Under the pieces are notes generated by a model, which was not told the origin of the DNA, made no database searches, and was given only the letters and a program-made list of their open reading frames with translations. Made by a program: the position numbers and the translations under genes. A stretch of DNA of 64,000 nt from assembly GCA_015519975.1 (NCBI GenBank), contig WIAL01000039.1, positions 17,619 through 81,618 of the forward strand. The letters are read 5' to 3'. The DNA comes from Hydrogenothermaceae bacterium. GTDB lineage: Bacteria; Aquificota; Aquificia; Aquificales; Hydrogenothermaceae. The first letter of the stretch is position 1. The number at the start of each line of letters is the position of its first letter. Shown here piece after piece: positions 40,122-49,016 of the stretch.

Positions 40122-41126
40122 TCATTTTTTATTTAGCCAGTAGTGAAGATTTCCTGATGGTGCATTTAAAAATATGTTGTTATTTTTATTTTCTTTTAAG
40201 GCCTGCATAAGTTTTTCTTGTACTTCAAGACCTTTCCATTTTAAAACTTTATCATCTACTGAAGAACTTATTAGCTTATTAGCCTGAGCAGTTGCTTTAG
40301 CTTCTAAAACCCTTGCTTTTGCTATACCTTCAGCTTCTTTTATTTTCTTTTCTGCTTCTGCTTCAGCAGCTATTACTTTTTGAATTTTTTGTGTTTCTGC
40401 TTGAATTCTTTTTACTTCCTGTTCTTTTCTTGCTTTTTCCTCTACGTATTTCATTTTCTCAGCTTCTTGTTTTGCTATCTGCACTTCTTCTATCTTTTGT
40501 GCAATTCTTGGAGGAAGCTTTATATCTCTAAGCTGAACACCGACAACTTCTACTTTTCCTTTAGATATTGTTTTTATTGAATTTTTTATTCCCTCTTCTA
40601 TTTTTACCCCTATTTCCTGTCTTTTAATTGGTAAAAGCTCTGCTGGATATTGACCTATTATATCCCTTACAACGTCTCTAATAGCAGGATTTATCATTTT
40701 ATCTTCCCAGTTCCATCCCCATTCCTGGATAGTTTCAGATGCCTGATCAGGTATTAATCTATACTGAACTGTAAGCTCAATGCGAACTGGAAGACCTCTT
40801 TCATCTAAAACATTTATTGCAGGTTTTTCTATAAGCCCTTCTTTGTCAGGTCTATCCTGATTTCCTTTGTAATTAATGGTATGTACTTTAACATCAACAA
40901 CCCTTATCTGTTCTATTAGGGGAATTTTAAAATGAAGTCCTGGATAGAGTTCCTCATTATCGTATTTACCTAGGGTTATCTTAATTCCTACATTTCCACT
41001 TTCTATAGTTTTGAAAGGAGAAAATATAAAAAAGAACACAACTAATATCACTATAACTATTGGGATTATTGCAAGTTTTCCTGATACATGGGGTGTTTGT
41101 GGCGGTAAATTTTTTATTGTTGTCAT
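40122..41126 (-). CDS. SPFH/band-7 (prohibitin/HflC-like) membrane protein with long charged coiled-coil tail
   Basis: N-terminal TM helix plus SPFH domain, then a KEAEKK-rich coiled coil. Confidence 0.75.
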   Translation of the reverse strand: MTTIKNLPPQTPHVSGKLAIIPIVIVILVVFFFIFSPFKTIESGNVGIKITLGKYDNEELYPGLHFKIPLIEQIRVVDVKVHTINYKGNQDRPDKEGLIEKPAINVLDERGLPVRIELTVQYRLIPDQASETIQEWGWNWEDKMINPAIRDVVRDIIGQYPAELLPIKRQEIGVKIEEGIKNSIKTISKGKVEVVGVQLRDIKLPPRIAQKIEEVQIAKQEAEKMKYVEEKARKEQEVKRIQAETQKIQKVIAAEAEAEKKIKEAEGIAKARVLEAKATAQANKLISSSVDDKVLKWKGLEVQEKLMQALKENKNNNIFLNAPSGNLHYWLNKK

Positions 41127-41737
41127 TTTATCTTATCCTCTTTTTCTAAAAGCCATTTATAACTTTCAGGTGTATTTATACTTTTATATGTTAAAAGCTC
41201 TTTATCGTACTTTCGTATATATTCTTTATTAATAGTTTTATAATTTAAATTGTCAAGCCATGCCATAAGGGATTTTTTCCCGTGATTATAAAGATCAACA
41301 GCCTTTTCTACCGCATTTCTTGTATAAAAAGTGTTTAACGGCTGTATTTTACCATCAATTTCAGGTATTACAGCGTCGTATCCAGTTAACTGTTTAGATA
41401 AATCCTTTAAAAGATTTGTATTTATTACCGGTGTATCACATGTAACAATTAAAACTTTCTCTGACTTTAAATAAGAAAATGCAGATACAATACCATTTAA
41501 AGGACCATCATAGGGATTTATGTCTTTAACAAAGATTACATTTGATTTTAAATCTTTTACTTGGTCTTCGTATAAAGAAAAATCTTTGTTTACTACAATT
41601 AAAAATCTACTACAGAATCCATCAAGTCTTTCAAGGATATTTCTTAAAAAGGTTTTATTTTTAAAGGGAAGGAATGCTTTATCCCTTCCCATTCTTTTAC
41701 TTTGCCCGCCTGCAAGGACAATGCAGTCTATATTCAT
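41123..41737 (-). CDS. mobA: molybdenum cofactor guanylyltransferase
   Basis: LAGGQSKRMGRDKAFL motif. Confidence 0.8.
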   Translation of the reverse strand: MNIDCIVLAGGQSKRMGRDKAFLPFKNKTFLRNILERLDGFCSRFLIVVNKDFSLYEDQVKDLKSNVIFVKDINPYDGPLNGIVSAFSYLKSEKVLIVTCDTPVINTNLLKDLSKQLTGYDAVIPEIDGKIQPLNTFYTRNAVEKAVDLYNHGKKSLMAWLDNLNYKTINKEYIRKYDKELLTYKSINTPESYKWLLEKEDKIK

Positions 41738-42570
41738 ACCTGTCTTACAGGCACTTCGTGTAAAAATCCAAGAATTGGTTCTTTACATTTTTTAGCCCAA
41801 ACATCTGTACATGCGTCAACACATTCACCGCAAACTATACATGATGAAAGCCCTGGTCTATTAATTGTGTCTTCCATAAACACAATTTTTCTTGGATCAA
41901 GTGCCATAGGACAGACCTTTAGACATTCCCTACATGTTCCACAATCTGCAGTTGTGTAAGGCGGTTTTAATGCAGGTTTATAATAGTAAAAGTGAGGAGT
42001 TAATTTTTGATAAATTCCTGTTGGGCAGAATGTTCTACACCATCTTTTTCCTATGTAAAGTTCCCAGTAAAAAATTGGAAATGCTGCTAAAAATGCTACC
42101 CACATTGGTATAAAAGCAGGGTTTGTATAATAAAAGAAAACTCTTAAATCTGTTACCCAGTTGAAAAATAAAGCAGCAAATAAAATAGTCATTACGGCTG
42201 TTATTATGATATAAACACCTTTCGCATTTTTACCTAACTTTCTTTTTAATTTTTCTTGAACTTCAGCAAACCATCCACCAGGACATATCCATCCGCAAAA
42301 TACTCTTCCCTGTACCATGTTTAAAACAATAACAAGAATTGCAAAAAATCCAAGAGCTGCTATTACAGGTATTAATCCATCTATTAACGGCCTTTGCTGT
42401 CCTAATATCCATGATTCATTATGGGCAAGGTCTATTTTAATTATTTTTAAAGTAGGAATTAAGATAAGTGCAATAATAATAGAAATGTAAACTATATTTC
42501 TGGCAATAGTAAACTTGTGGGTTTGCCACCATGAAGGTTGTTCACACTGAACATTTGCTGTTTGTCCCAT
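41734..42570 (-). CDS. 4Fe-4S ferredoxin-type polytopic membrane protein (NapH/FixG-like)
   Basis: CGWICPGG, CPTGIY, CGTCRECLKVCP and CIVCGECVDAC cluster motifs with TM helices. Confidence 0.7.
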   Translation of the reverse strand: MGQTANVQCEQPSWWQTHKFTIARNIVYISIIIALILIPTLKIIKIDLAHNESWILGQQRPLIDGLIPVIAALGFFAILVIVLNMVQGRVFCGWICPGGWFAEVQEKLKRKLGKNAKGVYIIITAVMTILFAALFFNWVTDLRVFFYYTNPAFIPMWVAFLAAFPIFYWELYIGKRWCRTFCPTGIYQKLTPHFYYYKPALKPPYTTADCGTCRECLKVCPMALDPRKIVFMEDTINRPGLSSCIVCGECVDACTDVWAKKCKEPILGFLHEVPVRQV

Positions 42571-42623
42571 TTTTCACACCTCTTTAAGTTAGTAAATATT
42601 AACCATTTATTATAATATAAAAT

Positions 42624-43181
42624 TTAATCCAAAAAAGTCCTAATTCCAGCTATGCCGTAAACACCTGTTTCTAAAACCTGCTGTATATTGTTTTTATTTA
42701 TGCCACCTAACGCATATACAGGAATATTTAATAGATTAACAACTTCTTTTAATTTTTCAATTCCTTGGGGCTCCCCTTTACCTTCTACTTTAAAAATTGG
42801 AGAGTAAATAACGTAATCAGCCCCATTTTCTTCAGCCTTTTTAGCACATTCTAAGCTGTGACATGATTTTCCGACTATTAGGTTTGGGAAATTTGATTTT
42901 ACTACCTCTACATCAAAAGAATTTTCAGGAAGATGAACGCCGTCGAGATCAAACATAAGAGCAATATCAACTCGATCATTTATAAAAATATGAACATCAT
43001 AACCTTGAGTTAGTTTTAGAAATTTTTCTGTAAAACGATAAAGCTCTCCGGCAGGTAAATCTTTTTCCCTAATTTGAAACATCCTTATTCCTTTATCAAG
43101 GAGTTTTTTTACTGTGTCTTCTAAAGAATTGTATTTTTTCCTGTCTGTGATTGCATAAAATTTTTGAAGTTTATTCTTCAT
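42624..43181 (-). CDS. thiE: thiamine-phosphate synthase
   Basis: FYAITDRK start motif and a TIM-barrel ThiE core. Start set at the internal ATG; the track's TTG is 21 nt upstream. Confidence 0.8.
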   Translation of the reverse strand: MKNKLQKFYAITDRKKYNSLEDTVKKLLDKGIRMFQIREKDLPAGELYRFTEKFLKLTQGYDVHIFINDRVDIALMFDLDGVHLPENSFDVEVVKSNFPNLIVGKSCHSLECAKKAEENGADYVIYSPIFKVEGKGEPQGIEKLKEVVNLLNIPVYALGGINKNNIQQVLETGVYGIAGIRTFLD

Positions 43182-43287
43182 CTGACCCTTTATCAAGTAC
43201 AAGCATTACTATAAATATTATTATTGCAAGACTAACCATTACGATTACAGCAAGGGGAAAACCAACAGAAGGGTCTGTGATGTCCAT
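43171..43287 (-). CDS. 38-aa single-TM micro-ORF overlapping the thiE start (doubtful)
   Basis: MDITDPSVGFPLAVIVMVSLAIIIFIVMLVLDKGSDEE. No obvious RBS. Confidence 0.2.
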   Translation of the reverse strand: MDITDPSVGFPLAVIVMVSLAIIIFIVMLVLDKGSDEE

Positions 43288-43341
43288 TTAAATTACCTCA
43301 TTTTTGATGGTATCATAATTTTATAATAAAAATAAAAAGGT

Positions 43342-43527
43342 TTGCTAATTATGATAGATGAAAAACTACTTGAAATTATAGCATGTCCTAAATGTAAATC
43401 AGATTTAAAGTACGATGAAAAGAAAAATATTTTAATATGTGAAAAATGCAAAGTTTACTATGAAATAATAGATGATATACCTGTTTTAATTATTGAAGAA
43501 GCTAGACCTTTAAATGATGATAAATAA
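43342..43527 (+). CDS. Trm112/YcaR-family zinc-ribbon protein
   Basis: CPKCKSDL...ICEKCKVYYEIIDDIPVLI signature. Confidence 0.75.
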   Translation: MLIMIDEKLLEIIACPKCKSDLKYDEKKNILICEKCKVYYEIIDDIPVLIIEEARPLNDDK

Positions 43528-45271
43528 AGTTTTTTATACATTTTTAGCTTTAATTTCTATAACAGCCTTTTTTCTTCCGTTTTATTTAATATCACCCACA
43601 AATGAGTCTTCTAAAAAAGCAGATGTTATAAAAAAAGTTGATCCGTCAAAATTTAATCCTATAATAGGCACACCAGGAGGTACTTTAAAAAGAGCTTTGA
43701 GCGGTGATGCAAAAACATTCAATCCTGCAATGGCTCAAGAAACTACATCTACAGCCGTTATAGGAGACCTATTTAACGGTCTTACAAAAACAAACATAAA
43801 AACTTTACTTCCAGAGCCAGATTTGGCAGAAAAATGGGAAAGAAATAAAGATGGTACAGTGTGGAGATTTTACATCAGGAAAAATGCCTACTGGTTTGAC
43901 GGCAAACCTGTTACTGCAGATGATGTTGTTTTTACATATAACGATATTTACTACAATCCCAAAATTCCAACTTCTGCTAAAGATGTTTTGACAGTTGAGG
44001 GAAAACCTTTTATTGTTAAAAAAGTGTCAGATAAAGTTGTAGAATTTAAGATACCAAAGCCATTTGCACCTTTTTTACAGGCAGTCGGACAGCCTATCTT
44101 GCCGAAGCACGTACTTGAGAAATATGTGAAAAATAACACTTTTCCATCTGCGTGGAGTATAAATACAGATCCTAAAGAGATTATAGGAACTGGAAAATAT
44201 AAGCTAATCAAGTATATTCCCGGGCAGATAGCCGTTTATGAAAGAAATCCCCTTTACTGGGAAAAAGACGAAAAAGGGCAGAAATTGCCGTATATAACAA
44301 AAATAAAAGCTCAAATCATAGGGGACCCTGATGTACAGCTTATTAAGTTTTTATCTGGAGAAACTGATATTTATGGAGTAAGACCTTCTGATTTATCCCA
44401 ATTAATACCCAAAGCAAAAGAAAAAGATTTTACAATCTACAACCTTGGAGCAACACCATCAACAACATTTGTTGTTTTTAACCAAAATCCAAATGCACCA
44501 ATTCCTAAATATAAAATAAAATGGTTTAGAAACACAAAATTCAGACAGGCTATATCTTATGCAGTAGACAGGCAAGGCATAATAAATCTTGTTTATAATG
44601 GTCTTGCTTATCCAATCTATACGGCAGTAACTCCTGCAAATAGAAGACTTTATGATGAGAATTTTTATCCGAAGTATCCTTACAATTTAAAAAAAGCAAA
44701 GCAGATTCTACTTTCAATTGGCTTTAGAGAAGGAAAAGATGGATTTTTATACGATAAAGAAGGACATAAACTTGAATTTACATTAATTACAAATGCAGGA
44801 AATAAAGAAAGGGAAGCGATTGGAAATATTTTAAAAGATGATTTTAAAAAGGTAGGTATAGATGTTAATTTTCAAACCCTTGATTTTAATAACCTTGTAT
44901 CTAAACTTATGAGTTCTTATGATTTTGAAGCAGTTATTATAGGACTTACTGGAAGTTTAGACCCGTATTTTGGTCAAAACGTATGGCTTTCATCTGGACA
45001 TCTTCATATGTGGTATCCAAGGCAGAAAAAACCTTCTACAAAATGGGAGGCCGAAATAGATAAGCTATTCCAAAAGGCTGCTGTAGAGCTTAACTTTAAA
45101 AAAAGAGATATGCTTTATAAAAAAGCATTTAAAATAATAGGAGAACAACAGCCTATGATATTTATTGCAGCTCCTGAAGAGCTTTTAGCAGTAAAAAATA
45201 AACTTAAAAATGTATTCCCAACAGTTTGGGGCTGGTATAAAGATGAAATGGTGTTTGTGAACTACCCTTGA
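43514..45271 (+). CDS. ABC transporter substrate-binding protein, family 5 (peptide/nickel; OppA/DppA-like), orphan
   Basis: Signal peptide plus SBP_bac_5 architecture. No adjacent permease or ATPase genes. Confidence 0.75.
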   Translation: MMINKVFYTFLALISITAFFLPFYLISPTNESSKKADVIKKVDPSKFNPIIGTPGGTLKRALSGDAKTFNPAMAQETTSTAVIGDLFNGLTKTNIKTLLPEPDLAEKWERNKDGTVWRFYIRKNAYWFDGKPVTADDVVFTYNDIYYNPKIPTSAKDVLTVEGKPFIVKKVSDKVVEFKIPKPFAPFLQAVGQPILPKHVLEKYVKNNTFPSAWSINTDPKEIIGTGKYKLIKYIPGQIAVYERNPLYWEKDEKGQKLPYITKIKAQIIGDPDVQLIKFLSGETDIYGVRPSDLSQLIPKAKEKDFTIYNLGATPSTTFVVFNQNPNAPIPKYKIKWFRNTKFRQAISYAVDRQGIINLVYNGLAYPIYTAVTPANRRLYDENFYPKYPYNLKKAKQILLSIGFREGKDGFLYDKEGHKLEFTLITNAGNKEREAIGNILKDDFKKVGIDVNFQTLDFNNLVSKLMSSYDFEAVIIGLTGSLDPYFGQNVWLSSGHLHMWYPRQKKPSTKWEAEIDKLFQKAAVELNFKKRDMLYKKAFKIIGEQQPMIFIAAPEELLAVKNKLKNVFPTVWGWYKDEMVFVNYP

Positions 45272-45440
45272 CTTTAGTCAAGGGCTTCACAGGGAGTTTG
45301 CTCACTTAATGCAAGCCTTATCCCTGATAGGTGGTCACCACACCTTACTACCCCTATCTGTCCATATACTCGGATAGACTTAGGGCTACTTGCTAACTTT
45401 CCAAATACCCTAATCCTTATTACTTTCTTTAATCCTGTAA
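45265..45440 (-). ncRNA. candidate TnpB omega-RNA scaffold / IS right-end region (GC-rich, structured)
   Basis: Local GC far above the ~31% background. 8-bp hairpin CCCTTGAC-TTTA-GTCAAGGG at 45265-45284. Overlaps the 3' tail of the tnpB ORF. Confidence 0.35.
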
Positions 45441-46671
45441 TGTAATCGTGAAAACTCTTTTCAAACTTTTTTAAAATGTTTCTTGCTCCGTTTACATCTG
45501 CATTTACAAACCCTAATACGCTTTTAAATAGTCCCCTGTGTTTCCTTGCTTCAGGTGTGTAATTTTCTTTGCTGACAGCTACTTTCTTTAAACTGTCCAC
45601 ACCTGAAGTATAGCTTTCATCTACAAGTATTGTCTTTATTCCGTATTCTTTTGCTTTATATTCTATCTGTTTTGATACTCTACCGTGTGGTAGTAAACTA
45701 AGCATTTGGTCTATTATGCTTGATAGCTTGCTTTCTTTGTTTTTGCTCTCTTGGAGTTTCCCTATTACGATAGCCCCTACATTGTATCTTTTGGCAAGCT
45801 CTACTATCAAATTTGAAACTTTATGGCCGAAGTCTCTTATTAGGTTATTTATTCTCTTTTGTATCCTGTGAAGTATTTTATCTACTCTGCTTGTTGAAAG
45901 TCCTTTATTCTGCAGGTTATCTCTTTTCTTCTGCCATTTTGCTAATTTCTTTAGGTATTTTCTTAATAGGTTTTGTATTCCTTTACCATCTACTATATAG
46001 CTTGTTGGCTGATTTTCTATTACAATAGTCGCAAAGTTTGATACTCCGTAGTCTATTGCTAAGGCTCTATCTGTTTGTGGTTTTGTTTCCTCTGCCTTTT
46101 TCTCATATACGATGTTTAGCCTGTATGTAATATTTCCGTATGCTTTGTATGGTGTGATTTGTATATTGAGTATGTTTAACTTGCTTAAGTCCAATCCTGT
46201 TTCTATTCTCAGGTAATCTATATCTATTCCGTGTTTTTCTCTCAAGTGGTTCTTTAGCTCTTTTGAAAGACTTAATCTTATTGTGTTTTCTTCAATAGTA
46301 AATCCTGTTTTATCGTAAATTACTGGTCTGTGTGGTGATTTTTTCTTGTTGTATTTTGGTGGTTTTACTGGTGATGGGTATTTTTCTGGTTTTTGCAAAT
46401 ATTTAAAAAAATTCTGCCAGCCTCTTGACAGTTCATCTAATATGATTTGGGCTGTTCTGCTTTGTAGGGATTTTTTATGTATGGAAGTGTCTTTTAGTTT
46501 GTTGTATAGGTCAAATTTGTTTGGTTTTGCTAATTTATTCTTTACAAGGTAATTCGCTTCATTCCATAGTTTTCCTGCGTAATATGTGAGATAGCCTAAT
46601 ACTATTTGTGTTGTTTGGTCTATATTATTTAATTCTATTCTTAAGCTTCTTTTTACTCTTAAACTTTCCAT
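45274..46671 (-). CDS. tnpB: IS200/IS605-family TnpB (OrfB) RNA-guided endonuclease homolog, zinc-finger cysteines lost
   Basis: RuvC-I (LAIDYGVSNF), RuvC-II (VDESYTS), RuvC-III (NADVNGARNIL). No CxxC...CxxC between II and III. No tnpA nearby. Confidence 0.8.
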   Translation of the reverse strand: MESLRVKRSLRIELNNIDQTTQIVLGYLTYYAGKLWNEANYLVKNKLAKPNKFDLYNKLKDTSIHKKSLQSRTAQIILDELSRGWQNFFKYLQKPEKYPSPVKPPKYNKKKSPHRPVIYDKTGFTIEENTIRLSLSKELKNHLREKHGIDIDYLRIETGLDLSKLNILNIQITPYKAYGNITYRLNIVYEKKAEETKPQTDRALAIDYGVSNFATIVIENQPTSYIVDGKGIQNLLRKYLKKLAKWQKKRDNLQNKGLSTSRVDKILHRIQKRINNLIRDFGHKVSNLIVELAKRYNVGAIVIGKLQESKNKESKLSSIIDQMLSLLPHGRVSKQIEYKAKEYGIKTILVDESYTSGVDSLKKVAVSKENYTPEARKHRGLFKSVLGFVNADVNGARNILKKFEKSFHDYITGLKKVIRIRVFGKLASSPKSIRVYGQIGVVRCGDHLSGIRLALSEQTPCEALD

Positions 46672-46924
46672 TTTTTGATTATCCTATTGTAAACTAACGA
46701 AAAAAGCAAGCCTTTTAAGAAAAAATGTAAAATTAAACGCTAAAAGGATTTTTACGGCTTACGCCTTCTTTGAAGTATCCCATTTCTAATAATTCTTTGA
46801 ATTGGGTGAACCGAAGGTGAACAAGAAATGGGTTTTAGAAAGCAAAAAATTTCTATAAAACAGTAGAAAAATTTATCTATTTAACTTATATTTTTAACAA
46901 TGACAAATTTTAGAGGTGGTTAAA

Positions 46925-47176
46925 ATGCTTTCCCAAAATGATATTAATGAGAAAGGAATAAAAGCTATTGAAAAAGAACTTTTAAATAAAAAAGAAGTTA
47001 TTATTGAAGAAAATGGAAAGCCAAAGTATGTAATAATGGATATTGAAAAATATAATGAGTTAAGGAAATTAGAACTCGACGTTATATATGTAAAAGCTTT
47101 AGAAGATTTAAAAAAAGGGAAATATAAAGAAATATCCACAGAAAAAGAATTAGAAGAGCACTTGAACAATTTGTAA
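46925..47176 (+). CDS. type II antitoxin, Phd/YefM family
   Basis: VIIEENGKPKYVIMDIEKYNEL core. ATG 5 nt after a GAGGTGG RBS. Its stop abuts the toxin start. Confidence 0.65.
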   Translation: MLSQNDINEKGIKAIEKELLNKKEVIIEENGKPKYVIMDIEKYNELRKLELDVIYVKALEDLKKGKYKEISTEKELEEHLNNL

Positions 47177-47449
47177 ATGTATAAACTTATATTTACAGAA
47201 AGTTATCAAAAAAAAGAAAAGGCATTTTTCAAAAAACATCCAGATTTAAAACAAAGGTATAAAAAAACATTAAAACTTTTGATGGAAAATCCTTATCATC
47301 CAAGTTTAAGACTTCATAAACTAAAAGGAAACCTAAAAGATTACTATTTAGTTTCTATTACAATGAATTATAGAATTTTAGTAGATTTTGTTGTAATTGA
47401 AAACAGAATAATCCTGCTTGATATAGGCAGTCATGGAGAAGTTTATTAA
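47177..47449 (+). CDS. type II toxin, RelE/ParE superfamily
   Basis: 90-aa basic protein, immediately downstream of the antitoxin. Confidence 0.65.
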   Translation: MYKLIFTESYQKKEKAFFKKHPDLKQRYKKTLKLLMENPYHPSLRLHKLKGNLKDYYLVSITMNYRILVDFVVIENRIILLDIGSHGEVY

Positions 47450-48390
47450 TGAAAGGCGAGTTTAAACTTATAAATAAATTAACTAAATATTTACCAATAA
47501 ACGATAAAGACGTTATCGTAGGTTTTGGAGATGATTGTGCCTGTGTGAAAGTGGAAAATGAACTTTTAGTTTTTACTGCTGATATTCAGGTAGAAAATCA
47601 TCATTTTATAAAAGAAAAAATAAAACCGGAAAATTTAGGATGGAAACTTGTTTCTGTAAACGTCAGTGATGTGGTAGCCTGTGGAGGAATTCCAAAGTGG
47701 GGTATTATTTCCATAGCCGTTCCAAAGAAAACAAGTCAAAAATGGCTTGAAAAGGTTTATAAAGGGATAAAAGAAGCTTTAGATTATTATAAATTTAACA
47801 TTATTGGTGGAAATACTTCAGCTTCAGAAGAGATTATATTTGATTTGTTTTTAACAGGAAAAACCAAAAGATTCGTAGCCAGAAGTAGTGCAAAAGAAGG
47901 ACAGAGTGTATATCTTTCAGGAGAAACAGGTCTTTCAAGAGCAGGTCTTGAGCTTCTATTAATGAATAAAAAAAGATATGAAAAATTTGAAAAAGAGTTA
48001 ATAGATAAACACGTAAAACCAAAGGCAAGAATAGATCTGCAAAAAACAATTGAAAAATATGCAAAAAGCTGTATAGACATAAGCGATGGACTTGCTGGAG
48101 ATTTAGGGCATATATCAAAAATGAGCAGTGTAGAAATAGCTGTAGAAAAAGATAAACTGCCTATTCATCCTCTTCTTGAAAAGTTTTGTAAAAAATACAA
48201 AAAAGATCCTTATCAATATATTTTCTATGGAGGGGAAGATTACGAACTTGTATTTACTATAGATAGTAAGAATGAAAAATATATAAAAAACTGTTACAAA
48301 ATAGGAAAAGTAGAAAAAGGAAAAGGTGTTTATCTGATTGAAAATAACAAAAAAATACATTTAAAAGAAAAAGGATTTGAGCATATTTAG
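47449..48390 (+). CDS. thiL: thiamine-monophosphate kinase
   Basis: GDDCACVK motif plus AIR-synthase-related fold. Confidence 0.85.
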   Translation: MKGEFKLINKLTKYLPINDKDVIVGFGDDCACVKVENELLVFTADIQVENHHFIKEKIKPENLGWKLVSVNVSDVVACGGIPKWGIISIAVPKKTSQKWLEKVYKGIKEALDYYKFNIIGGNTSASEEIIFDLFLTGKTKRFVARSSAKEGQSVYLSGETGLSRAGLELLLMNKKRYEKFEKELIDKHVKPKARIDLQKTIEKYAKSCIDISDGLAGDLGHISKMSSVEIAVEKDKLPIHPLLEKFCKKYKKDPYQYIFYGGEDYELVFTIDSKNEKYIKNCYKIGKVEKGKGVYLIENNKKIHLKEKGFEHI

Positions 48391-48404
48391 AAACTAAATA
48401 TTAA

Positions 48405-48632
48405 TCTTTGTATCCCACTTAGTTCAGATAAAACGTAAACTGCTGTATAGAATAGGCAAAAACCTCTTCCTTTATATCCCACTTAGTTCAGATAAAACCA
48501 CTTGTTAACCATCCAAGTCAAGAAAATTTAATGACTCCTTTATATCCCACTTAGTTCAGATAAAACCGAATCCTGCCCACCCTGCCAATTTGTTCCAAAA
48601 ATCCTTTATATCCCACTTAGTTCAGATAAAAC
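48405..48632 (-). CRISPR. orphan CRISPR array, 4 repeats (30 nt) and 3 spacers (34/38/36 nt)
   Basis: Three identical repeats CCTTTATATCCCACTTAGTTCAGATAAAAC at 48469, 48537 and 48603. One degenerate copy at 48405 on the thiL side. Orientation inferred from the AT-rich leader at 48633-49000 and the degenerate distal repeat. Confidence 0.85.
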
Positions 48633-49016
48633 CCGTAAATTATATTTAGGAAAAAATTTTGTTTATAACAAGCAATATCAAAGTTTATCTTAAATTTAAA
48701 GATTTACATAAATCTTTTCTAAATATACAAAATTGCATCGAACCTTTATTAATGCAAATATATTTTCTATTATATTCTCTCTAAAGCCCACAAAAAGCCA
48801 GCTTACACAAAAATATATTTTCTATTTAAAATGCAAAACTTAACAATAATTATTATTAATAATTATTCTTTTATTGAAAAGAATGAAACTAAATATTCTT
48901 ATTCTTTTTCCAAGTAGCCAAATATAAGTATTAAACATTAAATCGGCATTGTCAACTTTTTATTAAATTTATATTGTAAAATATATATTCTAATTTAATA
49001 AACTTTTGAGGTGAAA

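Noticed and set aside
43182-43341. Looked for a TPP riboswitch upstream of thiE (also near thiL and thiS).
   Set aside because: No CTGAGA / GGGGTGCC-type THI-box core present. Region is short and AT-rich.
45265-45284. Hairpin at the SBP stop codon as a simple rho-independent terminator.
   Set aside because: No T-run follows on either strand. The stem also contains the tnpB stop, and the GC-rich downstream context fits an IS/omega-RNA end better.
47787-48360. Three minus-strand ORFs (97, 94 and 81 aa) inside thiL.
   Set aside because: Antisense to a confidently assigned ThiL gene, with no RBS and repetitive F/L/I-rich sequence.
48633-49010. Searched the AT-rich region after the array for small cas-like or other ORFs.
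   Set aside because: No ORF over 30 codons with an RBS. Composition and position fit a CRISPR leader and promoter region.
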